In this document: positions 7,981 to 8,687 of the stretch, one piece after another
Layout of the letters: each line of letters opens with the position of its first letter
How positions within the stretch are numbered: position 1 is the stretch's first letter
Source of the DNA: Selaginella moellendorffii
Lineage: Eukaryota > Plantae > Lycopodiophyta
Direction of reading: 5' to 3'
Assembly: GCF_000143415.4 (NCBI RefSeq)
Contig: NW_003314622.1
Location: forward strand, 1-8,687
DNA length: 8,687 bases
The notes under the pieces: model-generated
The model's database searches: none
What the model was told of the DNA's origin: nothing
Seen by the model: the letters and a program-made list of their open reading frames with translations, nothing else
Program-made: the position numbers and the translations under genes

Positions 7981-8687
7981 TCAGACTGTTATTTTTTGCC
8001 TCCAACGCCTATACAATAATCTTGGAATTTCATCACTCTCCACACTATCAGGATTTAAACCCAATAGTAATGCCATCTCTTCTCTAATACGTCCATGCTC
8101 ATGTTCAGTGGTCGAAGAACCCATCCGGTTGAGCAGATTATGGAGATGCGGATAGTGTTTGGCTAGACAATATACATGCCATAAATGATGACTGGTGTCT
8201 GTCCGATCAAATGGCTTCTGATATACCGTTCCATCTGCCATTTGGTTGATTTCTGCAGCCACCTCCTAGACTGGCCGGTTCTCTATCACCATCGCTCCAA
8301 GCTGTTTTGCAAGGTCCCCCAGAACATACGGTTTCTTCTCCCTAGTTTCCATACTGCAAGAGATGGGGTGCACTGCATATGTGTGCGTGTTCGCTGCAGT
8401 TTTAATCGGCGAGTCATCGATGATGAGGATTTCACTTGACCTAGCAGTCCGGTTCATCACTACAGCCTTTGGCTTGACGAAGATGGGCTTGCTACCCCTC
8501 ACATGGACCATAGTCAAGCAATCCTCCTGCGTTAGGAGAAAGTCAAATGGTAATATTACTCGCGTCTGATCGTGCATCATCTGTAGCAACGTTAATGCAT
8601 TGCGGCGCATCATGGATGTCCAAACTCCCAATTGCAAATTGAACCCGGCCCTCTGTTTTAAGTGTCGCATGGTCATTATTAGATCTC
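7981..8687 (-). pseudogene. FCP1/NIF-like (HAD superfamily, CTD-phosphatase-like) protein, 5' truncated by the window, with one in-frame TAG at 8266-8268
   Basis: ORFs 8266-8676 and 7981-8262 are in frame (ENRPV*EVAAEINQM), and the frame stays open to the window edge. Motifs LGVWTSMMRRNA, LTQEDC, KPIFVKP and ILIIDDSPIKTAAN...AVHP match NIF-domain motifs (VW[TS]S, QxxC, K, LIDDSPxKxxxN). The DxDxT motif would lie outside the window. Confidence 0.7.

Larger units (their letters stand above)
1..8687. mobile_element. Probable internal segment of a large multi-gene DNA transposon
   Basis: A transposase plus flanking genes share one dispersed palindrome family and the same stop-only decay pattern. 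No TIR or TSD identified, so the extent is inferred. Confidence 0.45.

Noticed and set aside
1-8687. Terminal inverted repeats or target-site duplication of the element
   Set aside because: None could be identified by eye; the termini are probably outside the window.

Overview
Eukaryotic, most likely land-plant nuclear DNA, based on plant-type CCCTAAA telomeric repeats, GT-AG introns including a 52-bp one, and plant-TE-like protein domains. The very short intron would fit a compact genome such as a lycophyte, but that is inference. The core is one long + strand reading frame (3178-6319, about 1029 aa after removing intron 6233-6284). The ORF track splits it into four pieces because of three in-frame TAG codons. 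It encodes a Sola-like/DUF7869-type DDE transposase with two tandem TNP1/En-Spm-like beta-barrel domains at the N-terminus, Cys/His zinc-binding motifs, and a BAH/Tudor-like C-terminal domain. It is flanked by a divergent gene of unknown function (- strand, left) and a convergent FCP1/NIF-like HAD phosphatase homolog (- strand, right, running off the window). Both flanking genes also carry in-frame TAR stops and no frameshifts. The most striking unexplained feature is a 22-bp palindrome, ATGGCATG-N6-CATGCCAT (centre often nGGCCn), present in about 14 copies from 749 to 7946. Copies lie in putative 5' introns, inside the transposase CDS, and just downstream of both convergent genes. This suggests the whole window is the interior of one large multi-gene transposon with cargo genes. 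No element termini were found in the window.
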